Assembly: GCF_044324875.1 (NCBI RefSeq)
Contig: NZ_CP172185.1
DNA from: Escherichia coli
GTDB lineage: Bacteria > Pseudomonadota > Gammaproteobacteria > Enterobacterales > Enterobacteriaceae
Strand: one strand, 5' to 3'
Length of the DNA: 64,000 bases
Below are positions 35,869 through 49,916 of the stretch, piece after piece. Each line of letters starts with the position of its first letter. Position 1 is the first letter of the stretch. The position numbers and the translations under genes were made by a program. The notes under the pieces were generated by a model. The model saw only the letters and a program-made list of their open reading frames with translations. It was not told the DNA's origin and made no database searches.

Positions 35869-37128
35869 TTATTCCCCCTGACGCTGGTAGTCGTTACGCT
35901 GCGCGTTGGCGCGGCGTTGGTCCATAATATCGCCCTGACTGGTGGACGACGTGTTGCTTGCTCCACTGGTTGTGGAGGAAGAGGCTGGCGGCAGACGCAG
36001 CAGATTGCTGGCACCGTTATCGCTCTTCGCCGCAGGGGCGTTACCACCTTTCAGCATCTGGTCTAACGGCAGAACCATCAGGTTGCCACCTTTGTCGTTA
36101 ACCAGCACTTTGCGGGTGTTACCCAACACTTTTTCCATCGTCTCGATATACAGACGCTCGCGAGTAATTTCCGGCGCAGCTTTATATTCCGGCAGAAGTT
36201 TAGCAAAGCGCGCCACTTCACCCTGAGCTTCCAGGATGGTCTGGGCCTTGTACGCACGTGCCTCTTCGAGGATACGTTGCGCCTGACCGTTCGCACGCGG
36301 CTGAACTTCGTTGGTATACGCTTCTGCTTCACGAATGTATTGCTGTTCGTTTTCACGCGCGGCAATCGCATCGTCAAACGCCGCTTTTACTTCTTCTGGC
36401 GGACGAGCTGCCTGGAAGTTGACGTCCAGCAGAGTGATGCCCATGTCATACGGACGAATCGTCTCTTCCAGTTCGCGCTGAGTATCGCTACGAATCACGG
36501 TACGACCTTCCGTCAGAATGCGGTCCATGGTGTATTTACCGATAACCCCGCGCAGGGCGCTGTCGGTAGCCTGACGCAGGCTGTCATCCGGGCTGGTCAC
36601 GCTATACAGATATTTTTCCGGATCGGTGACGCGGTACTGCACGTTCATCTCAACGCGCACTACGTTCTCGTCCGACGTCAGCATCACACCAGAAGCTGCC
36701 AGTTCACGCACGGCTTCCACGTTCACTGGTTTGACTTCGTCAATAAACGTCGGTTTCCAGTTCAAACCCGGCTCAACCAGATGGCTGAATTTACCAAAGC
36801 GTGTTACCACGCCGCGTTCGGCTTCTTTAATGGTATAGAAACCACTGGCCGCCCAGATAATGACAATCGCTGCCGCTGCGATGGTAACGACGCGACCGCC
36901 AAGCTGCGGGCGCGGGCCTTGCGATGAACTGCCACCGCCAGATCCGGTGCCTTTACCGCCGCCCAGACCACCGAGCTTTTTGCTCAGCTTGCGGAAGATA
37001 TCATCTAAATCAGGTGGCCCTTGATCGCGACCGCCTTTGTTTCCATTTCCCTCAGAGTTGCCGCCAGGTTTGCTGCTTCCCCACGGGTCGCGGTCTTGTC
37101 CGTTATTACCGGGCTGATTCCACGCCAT
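35869..37128 (-). CDS. hflK: FtsH modulator HflK (SPFH/band-7)
   Basis: 419 aa, Gly-rich N-terminus then SPFH domain. Confidence 0.96.
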   Translation of the reverse strand: MAWNQPGNNGQDRDPWGSSKPGGNSEGNGNKGGRDQGPPDLDDIFRKLSKKLGGLGGGKGTGSGGGSSSQGPRPQLGGRVVTIAAAAIVIIWAASGFYTIKEAERGVVTRFGKFSHLVEPGLNWKPTFIDEVKPVNVEAVRELAASGVMLTSDENVVRVEMNVQYRVTDPEKYLYSVTSPDDSLRQATDSALRGVIGKYTMDRILTEGRTVIRSDTQRELEETIRPYDMGITLLDVNFQAARPPEEVKAAFDDAIAARENEQQYIREAEAYTNEVQPRANGQAQRILEEARAYKAQTILEAQGEVARFAKLLPEYKAAPEITRERLYIETMEKVLGNTRKVLVNDKGGNLMVLPLDQMLKGGNAPAAKSDNGASNLLRLPPASSSTTSGASNTSSTSQGDIMDQRRANAQRNDYQRQGE

Positions 37129-37213
37129 GTTTGTGCTCCATATTTGTTATGCGGTGATCCCTGTTGTCTTTCGACGCCAGAGGATATGACTCCACGCTTC
37201 AGACGCTACGCCG

Positions 37214-38494
37214 TTAGATCAGGTAATCGATCAACGCCGGTTCTTGTTTACAGAGGCGACGCCAGTCAACGATCGGCATACGAACTTGCAGACTTACGCT
37301 GCCGTCCTCCTCCATCCACTCTTTTTCTATTGCCTGAAGCTGATAAAAACGACTTCTCAGACGCCCTTCCTGCGGTGGCAGACGCAATGTATGCTGCGCC
37401 ACCTCGCCGGAAAGCCGCTCCGTCAAAGCCTGAAAAAGCTGTGGTATCCCCGCTCCGGTCTGTGCGGAAAGCCAGACACGGATCGGTTTGTTCTCTTCGT
37501 CCCGATCAATACGCGGTTCGAAATCTTCCAGCATATCGATCTTGTTCATCACCAGCAGGGTTGGGATCTCGTGAGCGTCGATCTCTTCAAGAACCGTATT
37601 CACCGCTTCGATGTTTTCTTGTACACGTACATCCGCCGCATCAATGACGTGCAGCAGCAATGTGGCTTGCCGCGTCTCTTGTAACGTGGCTTTAAATGCC
37701 GCCACCAGATCGTGCGGCAGGTGGCGAATAAACCCTACGGTATCTGCCAACACGGTTTCACCGACATCCGCGACGTCAATACGCCGCAACGTCGGGTCGA
37801 GGGTGGCAAACAACTGGTCTGCCGCGTAGACCCGCGCTTCGGTGATGCGATTGAAAAGGGTAGATTTACCGGCGTTGGTATATCCCACCAGCGAAACAGT
37901 AGGAACGTCGGCTTTGATACGCGATTGCCGCCCCTGCTCACGCTGCTTTTCAACTCTTTCCAGGCGCGACTGTATCTGCACGATGCGATTACGCAACAAA
38001 CGACGGTCGGTTTCGAGCTGGGTTTCACCCGGACCACGCAAACCTATCCCGCCTTTCTGTCTTTCAAGGTGGGTCCAGCCACGCACCAGGCGCGTAGCCA
38101 GATGGCGCAGCTGCGCCAGCTCAACCTGCAACTTACCCTCATGGGTACGCGCACGTTGGGCGAAAATATCTAAAATAAGGCCGGTGCGGTCGATAACACG
38201 ACACTCGCACAAACGCTCCAGGTTACGCTCTTGCGCCGGGCTCAGGGCATGGTCAAAAAGAACGACCGAAGCACCCGTCGCTTTGACAGCTTCCGCAATT
38301 TCAACTGCTTTACCTTCACCTACAAAATACTTTGGGTGCGGCGCTTTACGGCTACCGGTAATCACCTGCAATGCTTCGACACCGGCGGAAGAGACCAGAG
38401 ATTCAAACTCCTGGAGGTCTTCCATATCTTTGTCTTGCGTAAAATAGATGTGTACCAGTACCGCCTGCTCACCAGCATCATAACGGTCAAACAA
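37214..38494 (-). CDS. hflX: Ribosome-associated GTPase HflX
   Basis: 426 aa, G-domain motifs GYTNAGKST and DTVGF. Confidence 0.96.
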   Translation of the reverse strand: MFDRYDAGEQAVLVHIYFTQDKDMEDLQEFESLVSSAGVEALQVITGSRKAPHPKYFVGEGKAVEIAEAVKATGASVVLFDHALSPAQERNLERLCECRVIDRTGLILDIFAQRARTHEGKLQVELAQLRHLATRLVRGWTHLERQKGGIGLRGPGETQLETDRRLLRNRIVQIQSRLERVEKQREQGRQSRIKADVPTVSLVGYTNAGKSTLFNRITEARVYAADQLFATLDPTLRRIDVADVGETVLADTVGFIRHLPHDLVAAFKATLQETRQATLLLHVIDAADVRVQENIEAVNTVLEEIDAHEIPTLLVMNKIDMLEDFEPRIDRDEENKPIRVWLSAQTGAGIPQLFQALTERLSGEVAQHTLRLPPQEGRLRSRFYQLQAIEKEWMEEDGSVSLQVRMPIVDWRRLCKQEPALIDYLI

Positions 38495-38569
38495 GCGTAT
38501 AACCCTCTAAATAGATCAGCGGGGAACGCAGGATCGCTGGCTCCCCGTGTAAAAAAACAGCCCGAAACC

Positions 38570-38890
<321 letters not shown>

Positions 38891-38963
38891 TTATATGCTT
38901 ATTTGTACTTTGAACCTTTCGATTCTGAAAAAATTGCGCACGATACGTCTCAATTGTACACAT

Positions 38964-39914
38964 TCAGCCTGCGATAGCACCAACAACCTGTAATACTTCG
39001 TCACGCGCTTGTTCTGGTTTTTCACTGTCAAGCCAGTGAACCCCTTCCCAACCACGCAGCCAGGTTATCTGCCGCTTCGCCAACTGTCTCGTGGCGCAAA
39101 CACCTCGATAAACCATTTCATCGTATGAGATTTCGCCTTCAAGGTAAGACCACATCTGGCGATAACCCACGCAACGAATGGAAGGCAAGTCCGTATGCAA
39201 ATCTCCTCGGGCAAAAAGCGCCCGGACTTCTGCTTCAAAACCTGAAGCCAACATCTGATGAAAACGCTGCTCAATTCGTTGATGGAGCAGTTCACGGCTC
39301 GCCGGGGCGATGGCGAACTGATGCACCTGATACGGTAGAGCGTCTCCTGACGTTTGCGTCAGTTCCGTTAAAGTTTTACCCGAAATGAAAAAAACTTCCA
39401 GTGCCCGGGAAAGCCTTTGTGGATCATTTGGATGAATCCTTGCTGCCGCAACCGGATCGATCTCCTGAAGTTGACGATGCAATGACTCCCAACCTTGCTC
39501 TGCCGCCTGTTGCTCAATTCTGGCCCGCACTTCCGGGTCTGCCGACGGTAGCGGCGACAACCCTTCCAGCAATGCCTTGAAATACAACATCGTACCGCCC
39601 ACTAACAGTGGGATCCGCCCCGCCGCGGTGATATCGGCCATTTCCGCCAGCGCATCGCGGCGAAAATCAGCAGCCGAGTAAGCCTGCGACGGATCGCGAA
39701 TATCCAGCAATCGGTGCGGCGCGGCGAGTAACTCTTCAGCGTTCGGCTTCGCCGTCCCGATATCCATCCCTTTGTAAATAAGGGCAGAATCAACGCTTAT
39801 CAACTCTACTGGTAAAATTTTACGCAGCTCAATGGCTAACGCCGTTTTACCGGAGGCCGTCGGCCCCATCAAAAAAATCGCCTTAGGCAGGCTCGCCTTA
39901 CTGATATCACTCAT
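38964..39914 (-). CDS. miaA: tRNA dimethylallyltransferase MiaA
   Basis: 316 aa, P-loop GPTASGKT. Confidence 0.96.
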
Positions 39915-41754
39915 CTTTCAGGGCTTTTATCGCCGGATGTAAATCAACAGATTGTAACAGACCACCCGGCGGCGTTTTCACAAGTTGCGGACATAACCGT
40001 TCCACGTCCGCCAGCAGGGTTATGGCCTGCGCCATTGACCACTGCGCATGTTCGCTCATCAGATTTCGTGCAATCCACTGCGCAATATTGCCAGGTTCGA
40101 ATACGGACTGCTTCGCCAGGTAGCCTATCAGTTCAGGAATCAAGATTTGTAAATTTTGTTGGCGTAAGGGTAAAGGCACGGCCCTGATGGTCACATGCTG
40201 CGCATCGGACTGGAAATCAATACCCAATTCCGCCAGGGCAGACTGCGCTTTTTCTAATGCCGATTTTTCTTCGCCAGAAACTTTTAGCCGCAGCGGAATC
40301 AGCAACGGCTGGGCGCAAACTGGCGCTTCACCCGGCGTCAGTTGCGCCTGACGCAGCCAACGTTCTGCCACTGACAAGGCTAAAAGTGAAATGTTGCCGT
40401 CGCGCTCCAGCAACGCACAGTCGGAATGGACGATAGTCAGTACCCGACCAAAACTCTGACTGTTCGCCGCAAGTGCAGATTCCTGCGGTTCTGGCGCTTT
40501 TGGTTTTTGCATCGGCGCGGGCGTTTGCAAAAGCTGGCGATACACTTCACCTTGCTGTTTCTGGTAGCCTGGCTGCGCATTCGGCCAGGGGGCAGCCGGA
40601 CGACTGCCTGAGGCGGGCGCAGGAGAGTAGCGCGGAGCTACCGGCTCACGAGCTGCCGGTTCAGCAAAATGATTGCGCCCCGCCGCCACGCGGTTTTCCG
40701 GGATGGCGCGCGGTGCAGGTTGTGGTTCATCGTCCAGCGGCAGCGGCGTTTCCAGTTGCTGTTGTAGCACGCTCAGCACGCCCTGATAGATAAAATCATG
40801 CACCAGACGCGACTGATGGAAACGCACTTCGTGTTTGGCAGGGTGCACGTTGACGTCCACCTGATGTGGGTCGATCTCCAGATACAGCACAAATGCCGGT
40901 TGCTGATCGGCCCCCAGTTTGTCTTCACAGGCCTGGCGGATCGCGTGATTGATCAGGCGATCGCGCATCATGCGACCATTCACATAGCAATACTGAATTT
41001 CCGCCAGTGCGGGCGTGGTGTGATTCGGATCTGCCACCCAGCCGCGCAGCGTAAGATCGCCGTGTTGCCATTCAATCGCCAGCGCTTGTTCGAGAAAAGC
41101 GGTACCGCAAATCGCGCCTAAGCGCCGTTCTTTTTGCCCGCCTTCCGGCACTGCGCGGTACTGACGCACAATTTTACCGTTATGCGACAGGTTGATCGTG
41201 ACGTCGAAACGCGCCAGCGCAATGCGGCGGATGATCTCATCAATGTGGTTAAATTCGGTTTTCTCGGTGCGCAGGAATTTGCGCCGCGCCGGGGTGTTGT
41301 AGAACAGATCCAGCACCTCCAGCGTCGTTCCCACAGGATGCGCCGCCGGTTTTACCGTCACGTCCATATCGCGCCCTTCGGCATAGGCCTGCCAGGCTTC
41401 CTGCTGTTCTGCGGTACGTGAAGTGAGCGTCAGGCGGGAAACCGAACTGATACTCGCCAGCGCCTCACCGCGAAAGCCCAGGCTGATAATGGCTTCGAGA
41501 TCGTCCAGAGAGGCGATTTTACTGGTGGCATGACGAGCCAGCGCCAGCGCCAGCTCATCTTTTTTGATACCGCAGCCGTTATCACGAATGCGGATAAGTT
41601 TCGCCCCACCGCGTTCGATATCAATATCGATACGCGTCGCACCTGCATCGAGGCTGTTTTCCACCAGTTCTTTGACTACCGACGCAGGTCGCTCGACCAC
41701 CTCACCTGCGGCAATCTGGTTCGCCAGTTGTGGCGGTAAGACCTGAATTGGCAT
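39907..41754 (-). CDS. mutL: DNA mismatch repair protein MutL
   Basis: 615 aa from [39 protein letters not shown] (GHKL ATPase); 3' end overlaps the miaA start by 8 nt. Confidence 0.96.
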
Positions 41755-41763
41755 CAATAATCC

Positions 41764-43101
41764 TTAGTTTGGCAGCGTGCGATCTGGCGTCGTCACCGTA
41801 CTGGCCGTTTGTGCCGCTGCACCCTGCGGCGCAGATTGCATCGGATGCGCAAGGAAATAATTGCGCAGGCCTTTGTAAATGGCTTCTGCCAGCTGTTGTT
41901 GGTAATCGTCGCTCGCCAGCAAACGTTCTTCGCTGTTGTTGCTGATAAAACCGGTTTCGACCAGTACTGATGGGATATCCGGCGAACGCAGAACGCCAAG
42001 GCTGGCGTGTTCTGGTCGACGTTTATGTATTTCGCCAATGCGTTGCAACTGGCTGATCATACTGGTCGCTACATCATACCCTACACGCTGGGAATGACCG
42101 AACTGTAAATCCAGCACCGCCTGGCTTAAATAGGGGTCAGACTGACTGTTCGCCAGCACATCGCCCGCTCCGCCCAATAGCTCCGACTGTTTCTCATGCT
42201 GTTCCAGCCAGCTTGCCATCTCGCTGTTTGCACGACGGTTAGAGAGCACCCATACGGAAGCGCCAGTCGCACTGCGGTTTGGTGCGGCATCAGCGTGAAT
42301 CGACACGAGGAAATTGGCGTTTTGCTTACGTGCCACATCGCTGCGCCCCATCACCGAAATAAAGTAATCCCCATCACGAGTTAAAACGCCTTTAAACATC
42401 GGATCGTCATTGAGCAAGGTACGTAATTTACGCGCAATGGCGATGGTGACATTTTTCTCCCGCGTACCGCCGGGGCCGATAGCGCCAGGATCCTGACCGC
42501 CGTGTCCGGCATCAATAGCGATGATAATTTTATCGCCAGTGTTAGCCGTCGCGCGCGCTGCCGGACGCGTTACCGTATTACTGCTGATAACCCCCGTAGT
42601 GCGGTTACTTTCGGTTTTAAACGGATTGCGCGCCGGTTCGCTGACGCGCGGTGCGACAACCGCAGGTGTTTCAACGCGTTTCGCAACCACGGGCGGCGGA
42701 GGAGGCGGTGGCGGCGCATCGGCGTTAATCGTAAAGACGACAGTGTAATTGCTGCCATTCTGCCGCTTCACCGCTTCGGTTTTACCATTTTCGGTAAGAT
42801 CGACCACCAGCCGTAGCGTTTGTGCATCTTTAGGCGTTCCAGAGCGAATCGCCTTCACCAGATTATTGCCGCTGAACAACAACGGCAGTCCCTGAATCAC
42901 GCCCGTTTGTTTGATATCGAGCGCCACGGTGCGTTTGCTTTGATGGCTAAACGCATAATCAGGATCGCCAATAAAACTCAACGTTATCCGCGCCTGTTGG
43001 TTGCCGTTAGAAACCTGAATATCAGAGAGCGTCGCGGCACCCACCTGCGCGCACAGCAGCAGCAACGTCGCTACCAACCAATTTCTGATGCGATACATCA
43101 T
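41764..43101 (-). CDS. amiB: N-acetylmuramoyl-L-alanine amidase AmiB
   Basis: Track ORF 41764..43116; start at MMYRIRNW gives 445 aa; signal peptide, poly-Pro linker, amidase_3 domain. Confidence 0.93.
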   Translation of the reverse strand: MMYRIRNWLVATLLLLCAQVGAATLSDIQVSNGNQQARITLSFIGDPDYAFSHQSKRTVALDIKQTGVIQGLPLLFSGNNLVKAIRSGTPKDAQTLRLVVDLTENGKTEAVKRQNGSNYTVVFTINADAPPPPPPPPVVAKRVETPAVVAPRVSEPARNPFKTESNRTTGVISSNTVTRPAARATANTGDKIIIAIDAGHGGQDPGAIGPGGTREKNVTIAIARKLRTLLNDDPMFKGVLTRDGDYFISVMGRSDVARKQNANFLVSIHADAAPNRSATGASVWVLSNRRANSEMASWLEQHEKQSELLGGAGDVLANSQSDPYLSQAVLDLQFGHSQRVGYDVATSMISQLQRIGEIHKRRPEHASLGVLRSPDIPSVLVETGFISNNSEERLLASDDYQQQLAEAIYKGLRNYFLAHPMQSAPQGAAAQTASTVTTPDRTLPN

Positions 43102-43119
43102 CCCGCCACCTTTCAAAGG

Positions 43120-45098
<1,979 letters not shown>

Positions 45099-45100
<2 letters not shown>

Positions 45101-46238
45101 GTCAGAGCCCCTCGATCTCAATCAGTTAGCGCAAAAAATTAAACAGTGGGGGCTGGAACTGGGCTTTCAGCAGGTAGGTATTACCGATACCGATCTCAGC
45201 GAGTCCGAGCCCAAACTGCAAGCATGGCTGGACAAACAATACCACGGAGAAATGGACTGGATGGCGCGTCACGGTATGCTGCGCGCTCGCCCCCATGAGT
45301 TATTGCCCGGTACGCTGCGCGTGATCAGCGTGCGGATGAATTACCTTCCTGCTAACGCCGCATTTGCCAGCACGCTGAAAAACCCTAAGCTCGGCTATGT
45401 GAGCCGTTATGCGCTGGGCCGTGACTATCACAAACTTCTGCGCAACCGACTCAAAAAGCTGGGCGAGATGATTCAGCAACATTGTGTTTCGCTGAATTTT
45501 AGACCGTTTGTCGATTCTGCGCCTATTCTCGAGCGCCCGTTAGCTGAAAAAGCTGGGCTCGGCTGGACAGGTAAGCACTCACTTATCCTCAATCGCGAGG
45601 CCGGTTCATTCTTCTTTTTAGGCGAATTGCTGGTCGATATTCCGCTGCCCGTGGATCAACCAGTCGAGGAAGGATGCGGTAAATGCGTGGCCTGTATGAC
45701 GATTTGCCCGACCGGAGCCATCGTCGAGCCATATACCGTCGATGCTCGCCGCTGTATCTCTTATCTCACCATCGAACTGGAGGGGGCGATCCCGGAAGAG
45801 TTGCGACCGTTAATGGGAAACCGTATTTACGGTTGCGATGACTGCCAGCTTATCTGCCCGTGGAATCGCTATTCGCAACTCACTACAGAAGACGATTTCA
45901 GCCCGCGTAAGCCGCTACACGCACCGGAACTCATTGAGTTATTCGCCTGGAGTGAAGAGAAGTTTTTAAAAGTCACGGAAGGTTCGGCGATTCGCCGTAT
46001 AGGTCACCTGCGTTGGCTGCGTAATATCGCCGTAGCATTAGGCAATGCCCCCTGGGATGAAACGATTTTGACAGCGCTGGAAAGTCGTAAAGGTGAGCAC
46101 CCACTTCTCGATGAGCACATAGCGTGGGCGATTGCGCAGCAAATCGAGAGGCGAAATGCGTGCGTGGTCGAAGTGCAATTACCGAAAAAACAGCGTCTGG
46201 TTCGGGTGATTGAAAAAGGGTTACCGCGTGACGCCTGA
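45099..46238 (+). CDS. queG: Epoxyqueuosine reductase QueG (YjeS)
   Basis: Track ORF 44991..46238; start at MSEPLDLNQLAQKIKQWG gives 379 aa; 4Fe-4S Cys motifs (CGKCVACMTICP, CDDCQLICP). Confidence 0.9.
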
Positions 46239-46507
46239 TTCATCCACAGCTTGTGAATAAAAATAAAAACACATTGCAATTCAAGACGAATAAAATCGTC
46301 AAGTGATCGACTCGACAAAACGGAATCTTAATTTTCAACCTATATATCAATAAGTTAAAAAAATACTATTCACCGTGCGAAGTTTCTTTGAAATTAAGAT
46401 TACGGCCTGAGGCTGTGGATAACTCTGTTTACAAGAGTTTGTCAGAGACAACAAAAACCAGCAATAACGCATTGCGTCGCTGTGGATATTTTATTGAGAG
46501 AAGAATT

Positions 46508-46583
<76 letters not shown>

Positions 46584-46618
46584 TTGGGTGGTCTGTGCTT
46601 TACAGCACTTTCAAATTT

Positions 46619-46694
<76 letters not shown>

Positions 46695-46851
46695 TTAATC
46701 TTCGTCTTTCGAACCGCTACTGCCTTGGCTGCCTTCACTCACCTTAGTCACTTACTTTTGTAAGCTCCCAAGGATTCGTTCAGTTGCCGCCTTGTCGCAA
46801 TTCGAAATACTGCGATTGGGTGGTCTGTGCTTTGCAGCACTTTTCAAATTT

Positions 46852-46927
<76 letters not shown>

Positions 46928-47137
46928 GTACTACTTAATTTTGCTTTCGTAATTTTCGCATTTCTGCGTCGTTACGGGAGGCGCATTATACGAGAAATCT
47001 TTCCCTCTGCAACCCCCCTAAAAAATTTTTTTTGAGTTTTTATCTCAAATGCTGAAATTATCAGCAAGACGTTCAATTTAGCGTCAAAATCACGCCGCCG
47101 CAAGTGGATTCCGGCGCTTACGTGACCAGGAAAAATT

Positions 47138-47683
47138 TTACAGCTTGATAAAATGCTCGCGATAGTAAGCCAGTTCTGCCACCGACTCACGGATATCATC
47201 CATCGCCTGATGCGTCCCCTGCTTGGTAAAACCATCAAGAATTTCCGGCTTCCAGCGGCGCGCCAGCTCTTTCAGCGTGCTGACATCGAGATAACGGTAG
47301 TGGAAGTAGGCTTCCAGCTCCGGCATGTATTTAAACAGGAAGCGACGATCCTGGCCGATGCTGTTACCGCAAATCGGCGATTTTCCCGCAGGCACCCACT
47401 GTTTTAAGAATTCGAGCGTTGCCAGTTCAGCTTCACGATCGCCCATTGTGCTCGCTTTCACGCGCTCCACCAGCCCGCTGGCGGTATGGGTGCGCACGTT
47501 CCAGTCATCCATCAGCGCCAGCTGTTCATCAGACTGGTGTACTGCAATGGTCGGCCCTTCTGCCAGAATATTCAGGTTGGCATCGGTCACCAGCGTGGCA
47601 ATCTCAATAATGCGATCGCGCTCGGGATCCAGACCGGTCATCTCAAGATCGATCCAAATCAGGTTGTTTTCATTGGCACTCAT
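47138..47683 (-). CDS. orn: Oligoribonuclease Orn
   Basis: Track ORF 47138..47827; start at [29 protein letters not shown] (DEDDh exonuclease motif) gives 181 aa. Confidence 0.93.
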
Positions 47684-47777
47684 GCTATTTTCCACCCATT
47701 CACAGTGACTATATTGATCCACAATTGCGTGTATCATAGATGTTTTGCCCATCAGGGGCGACCAGGAGTCTGTACGA

Positions 47778-48830
47778 TTGAGTAAAAATAAACTCTCCAA
47801 AGGCCAGCAGCGCCGCGTGAACGCCAATCACCAGCGTCGTCTTAAAACGTCTAAGGAGAAGCCCGACTACGACGACAATCTGTTTGACGAGCCTGATGAA
47901 GGTATCGTCATCAGCCGCTTTGGTATGCACGCTGATGTGGAATCCGCCGATGGCGACGTTCACCGCTGCAATATTCGCCGTACCATCCGTTCACTGGTGA
48001 CCGGCGACCGCGTAGTCTGGCGTCCGGGTAAACCGGCGGCGGAAGGCGTAAATGTCAAAGGGATCGTGGAAGCGGTGCATGAGCGCACCTCGGTGTTGAC
48101 GCGTCCGGATTTCTACGACGGCGTGAAACCTATTGCCGCCAACATCGACCAGATTGTCATTGTCTCCGCCATTTTGCCGGAGCTGTCGCTCAATATTATC
48201 GACCGTTACCTGGTGGCCTGCGAAACCTTGCAGATTGAGCCGATTATTGTGCTCAACAAGATAGACCTGCTGGACGACGAAGGTATGGAGTTCGTCAACG
48301 AGCAGATGGATATCTACCGCAATATCGGTTATCGCGTATTGATGGTTTCCAGCCATACTCAGGATGGGCTGAAACCGCTGGAAGAGGCGTTGACCGGGCG
48401 CATCAGCATTTTTGCCGGGCAGTCTGGCGTCGGTAAATCCAGCCTGCTGAACGCGTTGCTGGGGCTGCAAAAAGAGATCCTGACCAACGATGTCTCTGAC
48501 AACTCGGGTCTCGGTCAGCACACCACGACCGCCGCTCGGCTGTATCACTTCCCGCACGGCGGTGATGTGATTGACTCCCCAGGAGTGCGTGAGTTCGGCC
48601 TCTGGCACCTGGAGCCGGAACAAATCACTCAGGGCTTTGTCGAATTCCATGACTACTTAGGTCTGTGTAAATATCGCGATTGCAAACACGATACCGATCC
48701 GGGCTGCGCTATCCGGGAAGCGGTTGAGGAAGGAAAAATCGCGGAAACCCGTTTCGAAAACTATCACCGTATTCTGGAAAGCATGGCGCAGGTAAAAACG
48801 CGTAAAAACTTTTCTGATACGGATGACTGA
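47778..48830 (+). CDS. rsgA: Ribosome small-subunit-dependent GTPase RsgA (YjeQ)
   Basis: Track ORF 47745..48830; K-12-length 350 aa requires a TTG start at ...ttg agt aaa aat aaa ([13 protein letters not shown]); G motifs GQSGVGKSS. Confidence 0.88.
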
Positions 48831-48926
48831 CAATTAAGCTAACCGTCGTTAGAATCGTCCCCTTTTTTTCAGGATCCGGCATGTAGGCCGGATCAGGAAC
48901 GACAAAACAATGGCCTGGAGGCTACC

Positions 48927-49895
48927 TTGTTAAATTCATTTAAACTTTCGCTACAGTACATTCTGCCGAAACTATGGCTTACTCGCCTGGCGGGTTGGGG
49001 CGCAAGCAAGCGGGCAGGATGGCTGACAAAACTGGTTATCGATCTGTTCGTTAAATACTACAAGGTCGACATGAAAGAGGCGCAAAAGCCGGATACCGCC
49101 AGCTACCGCACCTTTAACGAATTCTTTGTCCGTCCGCTGCGTGACGAAGTACGCCCAATCGATACCGATCCGAATGTACTGGTTATGCCTGCCGATGGCG
49201 TTATCAGCCAGTTGGGTAAAATCGAAGAAGATAAAATCCTGCAAGCCAAAGGCCACAACTACAGCCTCGAAGCCCTGCTGGCAGGCAACTATCTGATGGC
49301 GGACCTGTTCCGCAACGGTACGTTTGTGACCACTTACCTCTCCCCGCGTGACTACCACCGCGTACACATGCCGTGCAACGGTATTCTGCGTGAGATGATC
49401 TACGTGCCAGGCGATCTCTTCTCCGTTAACCATCTCACCGCTCAGAACGTGCCGAATCTGTTTGCCCGTAACGAACGCGTGATCTGCCTGTTCGATACCG
49501 AATTTGGCCCGATGGCGCAGATTCTGGTCGGTGCGACGATTGTAGGCAGCATTGAGACGGTCTGGGCGGGCACCATTACGCCGCCGCGCGAAGGCATCAT
49601 CAAGCGCTGGACCTGGCCTGCCGGGGAAAACGACGGTTCTGTGGCACTGCTGAAAGGCCAGGAAATGGGTCGCTTTAAACTCGGTTCCACCGTTATCAAC
49701 CTGTTTGCACCGGGTAAAGTGAATCTGGTTGAGCAACTGGAAAGCCTGTCTGTTACGAAAATTGGCCAGCCGCTGGCAGTATCTACCGAAACCTTTGTTA
49801 CGCCAGACGCTGAACCCGCCCCGCTTTCTGCTGAAGAGATCGAAGCAGAACACGACGCCAGCCCATTGGTTGACGATAAAAAAGACCAGGTCTAA
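48927..49895 (+). CDS. psd: Phosphatidylserine decarboxylase proenzyme
   Basis: 322 aa with the LGST self-cleavage motif near the C-terminus ([11 protein letters not shown]). Confidence 0.95.
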   Translation: MLNSFKLSLQYILPKLWLTRLAGWGASKRAGWLTKLVIDLFVKYYKVDMKEAQKPDTASYRTFNEFFVRPLRDEVRPIDTDPNVLVMPADGVISQLGKIEEDKILQAKGHNYSLEALLAGNYLMADLFRNGTFVTTYLSPRDYHRVHMPCNGILREMIYVPGDLFSVNHLTAQNVPNLFARNERVICLFDTEFGPMAQILVGATIVGSIETVWAGTITPPREGIIKRWTWPAGENDGSVALLKGQEMGRFKLGSTVINLFAPGKVNLVEQLESLSVTKIGQPLAVSTETFVTPDAEPAPLSAEEIEAEHDASPLVDDKKDQV

Positions 49896-49916
49896 TCCAT
49901 CAAAGGAAACGCTGAC

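Noticed and set aside
42690-42725. GC-rich stretch encoding PPPPPPPP, a possible simple repeat
   Set aside because: In-frame within amiB and corresponds to the Pro-rich linker of the amidase; not a non-coding repeat
47057-47087. Possible sigma70 promoter for the tRNA-Gly cluster (TTGACG ... GATAAT on the minus strand)
   Set aside because: Spacer length between the candidate hexamers is 18-19 bp, so the assignment is unreliable by eye
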